Below, one piece after another: positions 26,208 to 39,300 of a DNA stretch of 64,000 nucleotides; the stretch's first letter is position 1; the number at the start of each line of letters is the position of its first letter. The stretch lies in the NCBI RefSeq assembly GCF_009914755.1, contig NC_060926.1. One strand, written 5' to 3'. Under the pieces are notes generated by a model. That model saw only the letters and a program-made list of their open reading frames with translations. It had not been told where the DNA came from and made no database searches. The translations under genes and the position numbers were made by a program. Source of the DNA: the human T2T-CHM13v2.0 reference genome, Homo sapiens.

Positions 26208-28261
26208 GTAGGCCCCCGACCAACCCCATGGGGACCTGAGAAGGAAGGTGCTGACCTCTGGCAACATCCTTGCCCATCCATCCCTGGCCCTGCCCCGAGC
26301 TCCTTGCTCATGGGAACCACATTTGCCTGCTGCCCCAGGCCCTCCCTGGTTTACACATGCCAGGCAAGGCCCAGCCTTTTCTACTGCCTGAGCGACCCCT
26401 GGAAGAGCAGGTGCATTGGTTCCCCAATTCCAGAAGTAAGGCCAAGGTGGACCCACTGTAGGCACTGCTGAGGTGAGGCCTCTCTTATCCACACAAATAT
26501 GACCTCTGGTACCAGATAGGGGACTAGCCATCCTCACCCCATCCCTGCCCTGTTTCATTTTGAGGAAGGGCAAAACAATGTTCTAAATGGGGTTGGATGG
26601 GTCATCACGAGTTAACCAAACCTCAGTGGTGGCCCTGGGAGCCCAAACCTGTTCCTGATGTTTCCATGGGGAAATATGTCCAGACTCACAAACTTCTGGA
26701 AGTTGTAACTTCCAAAAGTTTTTATTTTGGAATACATCTTGTTCTAAGTTGGGGACATTCTGTATTTTATTTGGCCGGGAAAAGGCAGCTGCCCAGCCTC
26801 AGAGATTGTGGTCGAATGTTTGACAGTCACAGATGGTGGTGTGGGGGAAAAGGCATTTATCACTCCTTGTGGCTCACAGAGGCCAACTACCAGAGGCTTG
26901 ATGAGAAGTATCCTCCCACACATAGGAGTTGGTTTTCCAAACCTCTTCCCCTCAGTTCTCTCCCTGACCACCCACACTCTAGAGGCAGAAGTGACCCTAA
27001 CTCATGGGGATTTAAGTATTGCTGTGTTCTGGACTCCGGGGATACCTGGACCCCAGAGCTGCGTGGACACTGTGGACGCTGGCGTAGGGAAATGCCCTCT
27101 ACTAGTCCCAGGATGTGTGTTCTTCATGGGAACAGTCAGGTTTATACTTCCGAGAGCGTAGTTTAGTTGAAAGGGCTGGGCTGCCCCGACTAGGATTAAC
27201 TCAGACTGTTTTAAAAAGAAGGAAAGGGGGAAAGGCAGAAACTCTGGGAGACACGAGGTCCCCTCTCCTCTATTTTAACTCTTCGGCATGGATTGTCTAT
27301 CTTGTTCCTTTCCCCTTCTTCCCAACTCCCAGTACCCCTTCTGGTGGCTGTGGCCAGAAACTCAGCGAACAGCACTGGTCCTATGCCCATCAGTGTGCTG
27401 GAATTGAGTGCACGGTATCTCACCTGGCCTCAGCTCTTCGTCTCCAGAAAAAATAATGGGCTGCCTGAGCTCTCCCCTCCTGCCTGAGTGGTGCTGCTTT
27501 GTGGGTGCCTCAACTCCCACTTCCTGTGGACATGCTTTCTTCCATGAGTATAAGAGCTTCAGGTTACCACCCGCACCCCCACTGGTATCAGCCTGTGACA
27601 CCTTCTGGGCCTGTAGCCCAGAGCCACATCTAAAAATAGAGGCCCATCTCCCTCTGCTATAAAGCAAAGCCCTGAGATTCAGCCTGCAAGGACTTACTGA
27701 GCACCTACTATGTACCTTGTTTGCATCACCCAGGATGCTGTGGACACACCTCTAAATCAGCCTCCTACTGGGGAGATGGTTCAGAGGAAGAGAACCTTAC
27801 ACTGAGTCACAGGGGATAGAAGTTAGGGGAACACAGGAGAGCAAAACATTTCAGGCAGTGGGACCAGCATGGACCAAAGCCCAAAGGAAAAAGGAAGTGT
27901 GGCCACCCAGGGCATGGCAAGGGGCTGGAGAAGGCTGAGGTCAGATGACGGATGGGACTGCCGAGAGCCAAGGCCAAAAAGTGGCAGGACCCAGCACTGG
28001 CAGAGTCCACTGTTGGGTCTGAGATTATGTAGAGCAGGGTGGGGGTTGGGATTGTTCATGGTGTCTAGTAGGGGACAAGGGATGATTCCTTACAGAGACT
28101 CAGCAGCAACAAGAACTGGGCTTCTCAGTTTGACCAGGACCACCGAAGCCCCTCTGTACCCACTCAGTCATTTAGCCCAGGCCCCAGAGCCCTCCTATGC
28201 TCTTGCCATTCTCTCAGAGCGGGCACCAGGGGCTAAAGAGAGTACCCTTTTTTCCTTACAG

Positions 28262-28327
28262 GAGGCCCACTTGGCCACGGAATATGTTCAGCACATCCAA
28301 CAGGCCCTGGACATCCTCTCTGAGGAG
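28262..28327 (+). CDS. PLB1: PLB1 exon Q (66 nt; EAHLATEYVQHIQQALDILSEE)
   Basis: ccttacAG|GAG ... GAG|GTagga. Confidence 0.95.
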
Positions 28328-28519
28328 GTAGGAGAGGGGTTACGTGTTCCTGGGTCCCGCCAGCCACCTCCCTGGGATGCATGTAGGCAGGCTGTGTTCA
28401 GTGAGATGCTCACGGAGCAGAGACCCGCCATGAGTGAGCACCTGGATGGCAGGGAGGGAGGTGGCTGTCAAGCTCCTCTGCAGGGAAAATTCTCACTTGG
28501 CCAGAGACAGGGTTGTGTG

Positions 28520-28720
28520 GTAGCAATGAGCTTGCCTCTGAACCAATTGGCCCAGGTTTGCGCCCAGCACTGTGGCTTCGGGCAAGTGACTTCCCTGTGT
28601 CTCAGTTTCTCAACCTATAAAGCGGGGCCACTCAAGAAGATTCAGTGAGATACTACAAGTTGCATCCCCTCTCTGGGCCTCAGTTTCTTCATTGGTAAAA
28701 TTGAGGGGAGTGGGAATTGG
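28520..28720 (+). mobile_element. MIR fragments
   Basis: gggcaagtgacttccctgtgtctcagtttctc and ctctctgggcctcagtttcttcattggtaaaat. Confidence 0.65.
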
Positions 28721-28792
28721 ATTGTAGATGACCCCCAGGTTCCTCCCAGCAGTAGCCAGTGCCCTAACGAAACCACCCTCCACTCCCTGCAG

Positions 28793-28884
28793 CTCCCAAG
28801 GGCTTTCGTCAACGTGGTGGAGGTCATGGAGCTGGCTAGCCTGTACCAGGGCCAAGGCGGGAAATGTGCCATGCTGGCAGCTCA
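28793..28884 (+). CDS. PLB1: PLB1 exon R (92 nt; [31 protein letters not shown])
   Basis: CCCTAAC branch; cctgcAG|CTC ... GCT CA|GTaagt. Confidence 0.95.
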
Positions 28885-30284
28885 GTAAGTGGACAGGTCA
28901 CCGTCCCAAGGCAAGGGCACCTGGGGTGAGGAGGGCTTGCAGGTGCCAAAGGAGGAGACCAGTTGAGGCAGAGCCAGGCAGGCCTGCCAGAGGGTAGACA
29001 TGGCTCAGGGGCTTGGACAACATCAGGAAGTACCTCTACATTTGCAAATGCCTACTGTATGCAAGGTGCCTCATTTCTCTGGACCCCCTTTTGCTTTTCT
29101 GTGAAAGGAGACAGACCAAATGATCCTTAAGGCTCCCTGACATTGTCAGTGATTGCCAAGGCAAACCTTGGCACGCTGCTCCCTGTTGAGAAGCAGCATG
29201 GGGCCATGAGCTTTCAAGGCTGCTACATCCAGCCTTGACTGTTCTGCCATTTAGGAGCTATGGGACCTTGAACAAACCACATAACCTCTATGAGCCTCTG
29301 TGTTCCTCATCTGTAAAGTGGGGGTGATGACACCTTCCCTGCAAGGTAGATGTGAGGTCAAGAGGAAACAAGGTACCTGGCCTACCAAGACTACCAAGAG
29401 CAGGGTCTTAGGAAATAGCTCTTATTCCATCCTTGATGGGGCCTGTCCTTGATAGCTGGGCTTGGAGGCAAGGTGCTAATGGGCAAGACAAGAACTCCTA
29501 TCGGGGGCTGGAAGTCATTAAAGCTCTTGAACCCTGGTAGGAAGTTGCCATGTTCTGAGGGCAGAGGGCCTCCCACAGTTTGAGTGATTATTGCTATGAG
29601 AGAGGAGGTTCTCCAGGGAGCTGAGGAGTCCTACACCTGGGCTCAAATGGATTTGCTGCAAAGGTGACCAGCTGGTTCCCATTTTTGCAGGGAACCCTGC
29701 TCTCTCGCAGGGAACGGCTCCTCCAGAGTCTGTCTGTATCGTGTTCCATGTTGTCAGAGTTGCTTCCAGCCGGTTGGCCCTCCCCAGCTTTCCCACAGAC
29801 TTCCCACACTGGAGCCCTGAGGGAGGGTCCTAAGCAGTTGCAGGAAGAGCTGAGAGGCCCCCGGAACTTGAGGAGCGATTCCAAACCCAGGGACAGAGCC
29901 ATTGTGGCTGGTTTCCTAAACTCCAGTCTCCTGTCTACCCAGTCCTGCTCTGGAGAAATCCCAGGGACCACAGGCTTGGGAAGGAGGAAGGGGAATAGGC
30001 GTTCTGTCCACAGGGAGGTCCAGGCAACAGCTTTCCCTCTTTCTCTATGAACAATCATCCTCTGGACCTCAGGGCTCCTGAGTTAGCATTCTGTAACCTG
30101 GGTCCAAGAATCAGCCAAAGGTGTATTGTGGGGATACTTGTGTGTCACCCCCCGCCCTAGGTAAGGCAGCACAGGCTGCAGGCCCCTGGGGTAGTGGCCT
30201 GCTCTGTGTGTCAGAGCCAGCCTCCCAGGAGGACAGAGCCACAGTGCCCCAGGCAGCCTCAATACAACACTCCCTGTCTCACAG

Positions 30285-30363
30285 GAACAACTGCACTTGC
30301 CTCAGACACTCGCAAAGCTCCCTGGAGAAGCAAGAACTGAAGAAAGTGAACTGGAACCTCCAG
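30285..30363 (+). CDS. PLB1: PLB1 exon S (79 nt; NNCTCLRHSQSSLEKQELKKVNWNLQ)
   Basis: ctcacAG|G AAC ... CAG|GTaagc. Confidence 0.95.
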
Positions 30364-30705
30364 GTAAGCCCTGCAGCCCTTCTCTTACTGACCCAGCTGG
30401 GGGGCCCCCTGTACTCCAAGGACTGGGAAATCGAATGCCCAGCAGGATGTGGCCAAGAGCAAGCCACTCCCTAAAAGCAGATTGCAGCCCCTGAAATACT
30501 TACCCCTGCAAATTGAACACCAAGGCCAGGGAAGGGAGTGAGAGACCCCAAAGTGGAAGCTGAGAAAATCCCCTTCTCCCAGCGGGTAGGCAGCAAGAGA
30601 TTCCCAGAGTAGACTCCTTGTGGTAGGGCCCATTCCCCACCCAGAGCCATGTGTAATAATTACTACTCACTTCCTCCCCTCCCTTCATTAAAAACAAAAG
30701 GCTTA

Positions 30706-30875
30706 GGCCCGACACAATGGCTCACGTCTGGTGTCCCAGCTACTCAGGAGGCTGAGATGGGAGGACAGCTTGAGCCCAGGAGTTGGAGGCTGCTGTTAGC
30801 TATGATGATGCCATTGTACTCTGCCTAGACAACAGCGTGAGACCCTATCTCAAAAAAAAAAAAAAGAAAAAAAGA
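30706..30875 (+). mobile_element. FRAM/Alu monomer
   Basis: Single right-arm-type monomer with A tail; TSD AAAAGGCTTA. Confidence 0.85.
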
Positions 30876-31734
30876 AAAAGGCTTAGCCCTGCCCTACTTA
30901 ACTCTACCTCAAATTCTCCTTGCCCTCTCTCTGCCCCCTTCCATCTCCCCACCTCCACTCCTGCTTATGTCTCTGCCTCTATTGTTCCCTCTCAGGCTCA
31001 GGTAGCATTTCCATTCTGCAAACTGACCCTCCTTCATTCACAAGGCAAGTCTGCTTCCCTCCTCTAAGGAGCTTCCCCTGCCTGAACTTCACCCGCGGAC
31101 ATCTCCCCATATCACATTCAGTCTGTACTTGATGGGCCCTAAAAGCCCCAAAGGGTTCTCATGTTTTCACATCTTGGCTCATTTTTCCAGATGGATGATA
31201 AACTCCTTGAAGATAAGTACATCTAGTCTGTTCCTTTTACATTCCATGCTTGGGTACTTAAATCCAGCCACCGTGGACTCTCCTCCCGCAAAGTTCATGG
31301 GCATTTTGGGAGCTGGTGTTGAGATGCTCCCCATCTGACCTGCAGCCCCATGTTCTAATTGACCTCTTCGTGCAGTGAGAGGAGGGGAGGACTTTGGCCT
31401 ATGCAATCTGGTCAGTGGCTCAGACCCAGCCTTTCAGGCAGAGGCTTTGGAATGGGACTGGGTGGAGCTGTGTAGCTAGGGAGCTTCTCCCACCAGGAGC
31501 CGCTGGGTTCAACTCATCTCTGATCCTGAGAACCAGCATAGGGCTTTGAAATGTCCGTGCCCATGAATGGGTGGAGAATAAAAGTATGTTTGCATCCCAC
31601 TAGAGTAGCCCCTTAAAGTCACTGTCCTTTAGGGTGAGTTGACTCCCGTCAACAACCAATCCAAGGCAGCAGGACTGGACCCTGTCTGTGCAGCCTTGCC
31701 AGGAGGGTTGAGCAGCTTCTCTCTCTGTCCCCAG

Positions 31735-31839
31735 CATGGCATCTCCAGTTTCTCCTACTGGCACCAATACACACAGCGTGAGGACTTTGCGGTTGTGGTG
31801 CAGCCTTTCTTCCAAAACACACTCACCCCACTGAACGAG
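31735..31839 (+). CDS. PLB1: PLB1 exon T (105 nt; [35 protein letters not shown])
   Basis: gtccccAG|CAT ... GAG|GTgagc. Confidence 0.96.
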
Positions 31840-32206
31840 GTGAGCTGCAGGTATTTTAGGGAGGCTCACGTATGGGGGCCTTATCACAGACGATGGATGT
31901 ATTTCCTTCTCTAAGTGGGCTTTTTTTTTTTTTAACCATCTCTCTCCAAGAGGATTCCTGAGGGTGGCTTTTTCCACATTACCTCCTTTTTGTGGGGGCT
32001 GGGCTGTGATTGGAACTCAGATGTACTTTGAAAGGAAATCAATAGTGACTAAGCTCCCAGGCCTGGCCCTGATGTTTTCTGGATTGGGATAGAATGGAAA
32101 GCTTCCTAAAAATGTTACTCTTTTCAACTCTTAGGATAGGGGTGCTGAAAGAAAAGGGAGAGACTATGGGTGGGTCCAATTCTTGTCTGTTTAAAAAGAA
32201 AATTCC

Positions 32207-32480
32207 GGCCGGGTGCAGTGGCTCATGCCTGTAATCTCAGCCTTTGGGAAGCCAAGGCGGTTGAATCACGAGGTTAGGAGTTTGAGACCAGCCTGGCCAA
32301 CATGGTGAAACCCCGTTTCTACTAAAAATACAAAAAGTTAGCTGGGCGTGATGGCAGGCACCTGTAATCCCAGGTACTCGGGAGGCAGAAGTTGCAGTGA
32401 GCTGAGATTATGCCACTGCACTCCAGCCTGGCTGACAGTGCGAAACTCCGTCTCAAAAAAAAAGAAAAAAGAAAAAAAGA
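32207..32480 (+). mobile_element. AluS element with internal right-arm deletion
   Basis: ...actcgggaggcagaagttgcagtg: ~32 nt missing versus consensus. Confidence 0.9.
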
Positions 32481-32642
32481 AATTCTAAATTCTGGGAGTT
32501 TTTCCATCAGTATCTGAGCAAGTTGGCAGGAAAGTTGAAAGAATGAAAGGAGACATGCCCAGGGCACCTGCTGGGAGAGTGAGTGGGGCTCAGGTAGCAG
32601 AGCCCTTTCCCAGGATGATAACCTCCTTGCCGTTGGTTGCAG

Positions 32643-32738
32643 AGAGGGGACACTGACCTCACCTTCTTCTCCGAGGACTGTTTTCACTTCTCAGACCGCG
32701 GGCATGCCGAGATGGCCATCGCACTCTGGAACAACATG
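32643..32738 (+). CDS. PLB1: PLB1 exon U (96 nt; [32 protein letters not shown]), repeat-4 DxxH
   Basis: gttgcAG|AGA ... ATG|GTgagc; DCFH at 32676-32687. Confidence 0.95.
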
Positions 32739-34324
32739 GTGAGCAGCCAAGGGCCTGGTGGGCCTTGTCAAGGGGGGATCTAAGGATATTGACACTCTGT
32801 CTCACAATGGCAAAACTACTGGAGACATGGCTCCTTTCTCCCCAAAGCCCAAAGTGGCAGCACACCTTATTGGTCCTGATAGATTAATTCCAAAGGGAAA
32901 ATACCCTATATTTATCCAACACCCTTTGAAAGTTATACAAACACACACTCACACAACTTTATTCTTTGTTCCTTCAGCAATGCCCAGGTACTGCGAGGGG
33001 ATCCCTTTGTAATCAGATAGGTTGGCTAGATGAAAATACCAACTTCTACCTCGTACTGTGTGACCTTGGGCAAACGATCTCTCTGGCCACCTGTATCAAC
33101 ATCTATAAAACAGTGAAAACAAGACAGGTCTCAGACAACGCATTGAGATCATGTGTACATGGCACCTAGCACAATAGTTAGCACTCAGCAAATGTCACCA
33201 CCATCAGCCTTCCAAGCACTCCGGGCTCAACTCATACCCAACTCATTTCTCTAAACATCGAAAAGTGGAGATCCACACAGCCTGTTTTCCGAGGCTGATA
33301 CCTATTCCAGTCCTTTCTGATGGGAAGAAGGGACCTTATGAAATGAACATACAGTCTGGGGGTCTTTCAGGGACACCTGCCTGGTGCTTCCACTCTGCCT
33401 TCTGTGGCTGGCCACCAGCAACTGAATGGTTTCCGCACAGCACTTGACCTGTCACCCCCAACAACTGGATCCTCTTGCACGGAGCAAATGAAATGCCTTC
33501 CCAACCCAATGGTTTCTTTTAATCCAGGCTCAGTGGGTAACACAATCCCCACCCCAACCTGTATGTTCCCTCCTTTGTCCTATGACAACTAAACAAGCTA
33601 CATTCCAGCTCCTTTTATCACAGTTTCAGGCCCATAGTGTCTCTGCCAACCACCGCTGTGCAAACGTTCCCACCCCTGTCAGCTCATCCAGTATGTCCAG
33701 CATCCCACTCGGCTGACTCACAATATTGACTTTCTCCTTAGCTATACCATCTCCTCCTCTCTAGCAACCTCTTCTTTTAAGAACAGCATGTAAACTGGCT
33801 TTATCCTTGGCCTAGTTAATGGCAGACTCAGCTTATGTCGACTTCCATTGTCAGGGGGTTTTCCTCCTGTGGACATCACGTACCTGCCCACTCCAAGAAC
33901 TTCTATTGTACTCTTTCAGCCCAAGACTCCGGATTGTAACCAAAATGTCTTTGAGTTTGCCCCACGATTTTTAAATCAGTTTATATGGTATAATTCCTGT
34001 TTCTTTTGTGGATTTTGTTTTGAAGGCGGTTGTCCTTCACTGGCTGAATCATGTGACTTTATTCCTTTGTAAAAATCTTCCCAAAGAAAGGGTACCTATT
34101 CCCTGTTCCTTTTCCCCTGAGACCTCAGGGGATTCCACAGATGCCCTTGGCCCTTCCTTCCCAGTTTTTTCATCAAGGTATGGCCTTCCTACCAGGTGGC
34201 ACTCCAAGTCTGCTTAAATCTGGGACCCTCCAGGAATCTCCTGGGGCTGGATAGCCATAGTGACGGCTGGAACATGAAAAAGAGTCCATTGGTTTCTTTT
34301 CTTGTGAATTAACAATGTAGCTCT

Positions 34325-34632
34325 GGCCAGGCACGGTGGCTCATGCCTGTAATCCCAGCACTTTGGGAGGCCGAGGCAGGTGGATCGCTTGAGCCCAGGA
34401 ATTAGACACCAACCTGGGCAACACAGGGGAGATTCTGTCTCTACAAAAATAATCAAAATATTAGCCAGGTGTGGTGGTGCATGCCTGTAGTCCCAGCTGC
34501 TCAGAAGGCTGACGTGAGAAGATCACTTGAGCATGGGAGGTCAAGGCTGCAATGAGCCGAGATGGCACCACCGCACTCCAGCCTGGGCAATAGAGTGAGA
34601 CCCTATCTCAAAAAACAAATAGAAAAAAAAAA
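34325..34632 (+). mobile_element. AluJ-like element
   Basis: Full dimer; TSD ATGTAGCTCT. Confidence 0.9.
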
Positions 34633-35634
34633 TATATGTAGCTCTGGCCTTCTCTTCTAAAGCAGTTCAGTAGCTCTTCCCATTCACCCAGGTAAGAGGC
34701 CTTTATTTCATAAAGATAAGTGGGAGGAGTTTAGATATGAAAACAAAACGTAAACACCGCACTGGAGCTATTGTGGAAACAAAACAAGACTGTCCATGGT
34801 TCCCCAGCCATTATTATCTCAGCCATACCCCGAATTTCAAAATAACAAAAACAAAACTAAAGCCATCCAGGGGTTTCTTATCCTAGGCTCTATAATTTGG
34901 GGAAATAATTATACAGTCTAATGTTTTCATCCAAAGCCAATCTTAGACATAAAGCTGTAGCATGATGCCAACTTTTCAGATCGGCTTCTGGCTGGAATTT
35001 CACCCCTAGAGTAACAAAAAATAAATAATAGACCATTAGAGCTGGAACAGACTGAGAGGTCATCTAGCCAGAACATTCTGTAACTAAAGCATAGAAACAT
35101 GAAGCAGTTTGCCCAACATAACACAGACTGTTCATGGCACAAGGGGGATTACAGACCAGGTTTTTCTAGTCCTTTCCTGGTGACCTGGGCATGCCACCAC
35201 CCTCCCCACTGCTCCCAACCTGATAAGCACATATATACCCGGTGAATTCATGTCTCACAATTAGAGTCCTATGACATAGTGTCTGCAGGCTTTGGCTGAT
35301 GTTCCCAGGGTTCCCTACTAGGAAGCAAAAAGCACCTTAAACTATTTCATCTTATTTCATCTCCTGCCCCTCCTCTCACGTCCTTCTCGAGACTTTTGCA
35401 AAGGCAAAGCCAGAAGCTCCAGCAGCACCAGGGGATATTTTCCTCTTCCTCTGCCTTCTTCTGTCTTCTTATCTGAAGAAGTTTCTCTTTCCCGAGGCCT
35501 AGTCCTCTACTGCTGCCTCTACTCCCTCTTCTGCAGAAATCCTGCTCTCAGCCAGTGTTTGTATCTCCCCAGGTGCTGGGTGACAGCTCCAGCCTCCTAA
35601 CTGACATCCCTGTCTTCAGACTTAGAGCTCTTAG

Positions 35635-36062
<428 letters not shown>

Positions 36063-36092
36063 ATCCAGGGACTTTTAAAACAATTAGTGCCT

Positions 36093-36710
36093 ACAGCCAC
36101 TTTGGAAAATTCTTTGGTATATTTAATAATGCTGAACACATGTATTTCCTGTGATCCAAGGATTTCACTCCTAGGTATATCCCCAAAAGAAAGGTATATA
36201 TGTGTCTACCAAAAGATACACACAAAAATATTCACAGCAGCACTATTTATAAATAGCCCCAAACTAGAAACTCCCCAAATGTCCACTGACAGTAGGATGG
36301 GTGAGTAAACTGTGGCACATTCATACTAAGGAATACCATACAGGTCTGACCGCATCTGTGGCTTTAAACAAAAATCAAGCAGGGTGATGTGACACAGAGT
36401 AATGGCTGGGAAGAGGGAGGCCTCACTGAAGAAGTGACAGCTGAACAAACTTCAACAACATACAATAATATCTATAAAGTTCAAAAGCAAGCAGCTTGGC
36501 ATATGGGGTTAGACGTCAGCATGATGGTGTAGAGACTCACTGGGGGATGAATAGTCCTGGAAGAAGGTGGAAAGGGGCTTTTGAGGACTATAATAGTCTG
36601 TTGCCTGACTGGATGCTGGTATGTTCATTTTATCGAAACTTATCTGTTGCTCACTTATGATTTGTACTCGTTTCTATGTGTATGTTAGCTTCAATTAAAA
36701 GTTTACTTGA
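36093..36710 (+). mobile_element. L1M(D/E)-type 3' fragment
   Basis: acagccactttggaaaa...atttcactcctaggtatat...aaactagaaactcccc aaatgtcc...tatgtgtatgttagcttcaattaaaa. Confidence 0.8.
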
Positions 36711-37013
<303 letters not shown>

Positions 37014-37716
37014 AAAAGTTTACTTGAAAAACAATATCAGTGCCTGACCGGGCTTATCCCCAGAGAGTCTGACTTAATTGGTCTGGAGTGCGAGCTGGAT
37101 TCGGTACTTTGTGAAAGCTCCTGAGATTATTTTAATGTGCAGGGTTTATGAACCGCTGCCTTAGATCTGGTCCCCACAGAGAAATCAAGTAATCTGTATA
37201 AAAGAAAACCTGACCCAGTCACTCCCCTGCTTTCAAACTTCCAAAGCCTCCCACCTCTGAAGGAGGCAGGCCAGGCCCCATAGCACAGCACACTAGGCCT
37301 CTGGGACTTGGCCTGGTTCACCTGATTAACCTCTCTGGCTACCATTTCCACCAGCGTCTGCCTCGCATGTTACAGTCTAGTGACTCCAGCAGCGTCCTGC
37401 ACCACCTGTGGTGTTACACACCTCTGCTAACTCTTGCTCTCCTCCTTCTCCTGGATTGCCCTTCTCACCTCCTTGCCCACTCCACCACTCAACTCAGGTG
37501 CCACCTCCTGCAGGAAGCTACCTCTGAATCTCCAGGACAGGCCAGTGGCCCACCCAGGTCCATTACACCCTGCCCAGTCCTGTCATTTGCTACGTGGTTG
37601 GTAGCCACAGTGCCTGGCTTAGGAAAGACTGGTTCTAGGAAAAACAATTTCATTCCCTGTGGCCAGCTCCAAGCCTTCCCCCGCCAAGCTTCTCCATTCA
37701 GGTCTCTGTGAATTTA

Positions 37717-39300
37717 ATTAATTCATCCATCCATCAAACAAGTATTTACTGAGCACTAATATGTGCTAGGTACTGCTCCAGGTGCTGAGGACTCAGCAGT
37801 GAAAAGATGACTGCTACTCTCATGGGACATACAGGATAGTAGGGAAAAGACAGATAATCAACAAGGTCATTTCTGACCACATCTGTGGTTTAAGAAAAAG
37901 TCAAGCAGAGTGATGTGATACAGAGTAATGGTGGGGGAGAGGGAGGCCTCCCTGAAGAAGTGACAGTGAATTGAGAAGCGCATGTCAAGGGGTTGCCAGG
38001 CAGAGGAAATAGGACCCACATGGGCCTAGAGTCAGGAATGAGCTTGAAGTGTCTGAGGAACTTAAAGGCCAATGTGACCAGAGGGAAGTGAACAAGGTGA
38101 AAAAGTTGGGCAGGGGCCAGGTCCCTAGATGCTTCTAAGCAGTAGAGTGATATGCTCTGGCTTACCCCTGGGTCCGTGTACCCTGGACTGGAAGAAAGCA
38201 AGGGTGGACCTGGAAAGACCACTAGGAGGCTGCTGTTGATGGGTGAGAGAGGAAGGGGGCTGAGAGTAGGGTCAGGGCAGAGGAGGAGAGACGCTGTCGT
38301 GGGCTGGCGGATGGATGATGGGGAAGAGGAACAAAGGATGACTTTTTGGTTTGGGGTCTAAGAAACTGGGTGGATGATTGAGCAGGTAGAGAAAAAATCA
38401 GCGTGGGAGGAAAAAAAATCAAGACTTCTGTTTTGGACATGGTGCAAACTGCCTTCCAGACATCCACATAGAGGTATCAGGATACAGAAGTTTGGAACTC
38501 ACAGAGGAAGTCAAGGCTGGAGATTGAAAAAAAAAAAAAAAAAAAAAAAAGTGGGGTTATTAGCATAGAGGGCCAATATGGTGAAACCCTGTCTCTACTG
38601 AAAATACAAAAATTATCCAGGCGTGGTGGCATGCACCTGTAATCCCAGCTACTCAGGGAGGCTGAGGCAGGAGAATTGCTTGAACCCAGAGATGGGGTGG
38701 AGGTTGCAGTAAGCTGAGATCGTGCCATTGCACTCCAGCCTGGGTGACAGGGCAAGATTCCATCTAAAAAAAAAAAAAAAGCCACTACAGGATCAACTAA
38801 GAGCTCCTAGAGAAAGAATAGGTAGGTAGAAAAGAGTGTAAGGCCAACTACCTAGCCCTGGGCATTCATTCCAGCTTTCAACTCCAGTGAGAGATGAGAA
38901 GGAGAGTGTGGAGGTAGATGGGAAATGAGAAACAATGCTGTGTCCAGAGAGCTAAGAGAAGTCAGTGTTTCAAGAGAGACAGAGCTGTCAACTTTGATGG
39001 ATGCTTCTGAGAAGCCAAGCAAGTTGAAGACAAAAAAAAAAAAAAATGATCTTTGGCTCTGCCCATATGGCGATCGTTGGTGGCCAGGGCCAGAGCTTCC
39101 ATCCAGCGATGGAGACTGCAGACTGGCTGGAGCGAGCAGCAGAGAGAAGGAGAGATTAGGAAGTGCTGCCAGCACCTATAGACAGCTCTTCCCAGAAGTT
39201 ATGAGAAGTAACAGCCACGGTCACTGGAGGGGACATGGATCAAAGAAAGGGCAGGTGAAGGAGGGGAGATGTCGGAGCAGGTTGTGTACTGACGAGAAGG
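37717..39300 (-). mobile_element. L2 element (long, diverged) with a 5'-truncated Alu (38571-38780, +)
   Basis: aacaagtatttactgagcactaatatgtgctaggtactg...; gttttggacatggtg...gacatcca; Alu begins at ggccaatatggtgaaaccc. Confidence 0.75.

Noticed and set aside
28259-28264. NAGNAG acceptors (CAG GAG) at exons Q and W
   Set aside because: A distal GAG is rarely used as an acceptor; no sequence support for functional alternation.
27869-28648. 259-aa ORF, longest in the track
   Set aside because: Only 22 codons (exon Q) are PLB1-like. The rest is GC-rich intron and MIR sequence open by chance, with canonical splice sites at 28261/28328.
38527-38550. A24 tract upstream of a truncated Alu as a separate retro-insertion
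   Set aside because: It sits at an A-rich position within the L2 with no TSD or element body; most simply a homopolymer expansion.
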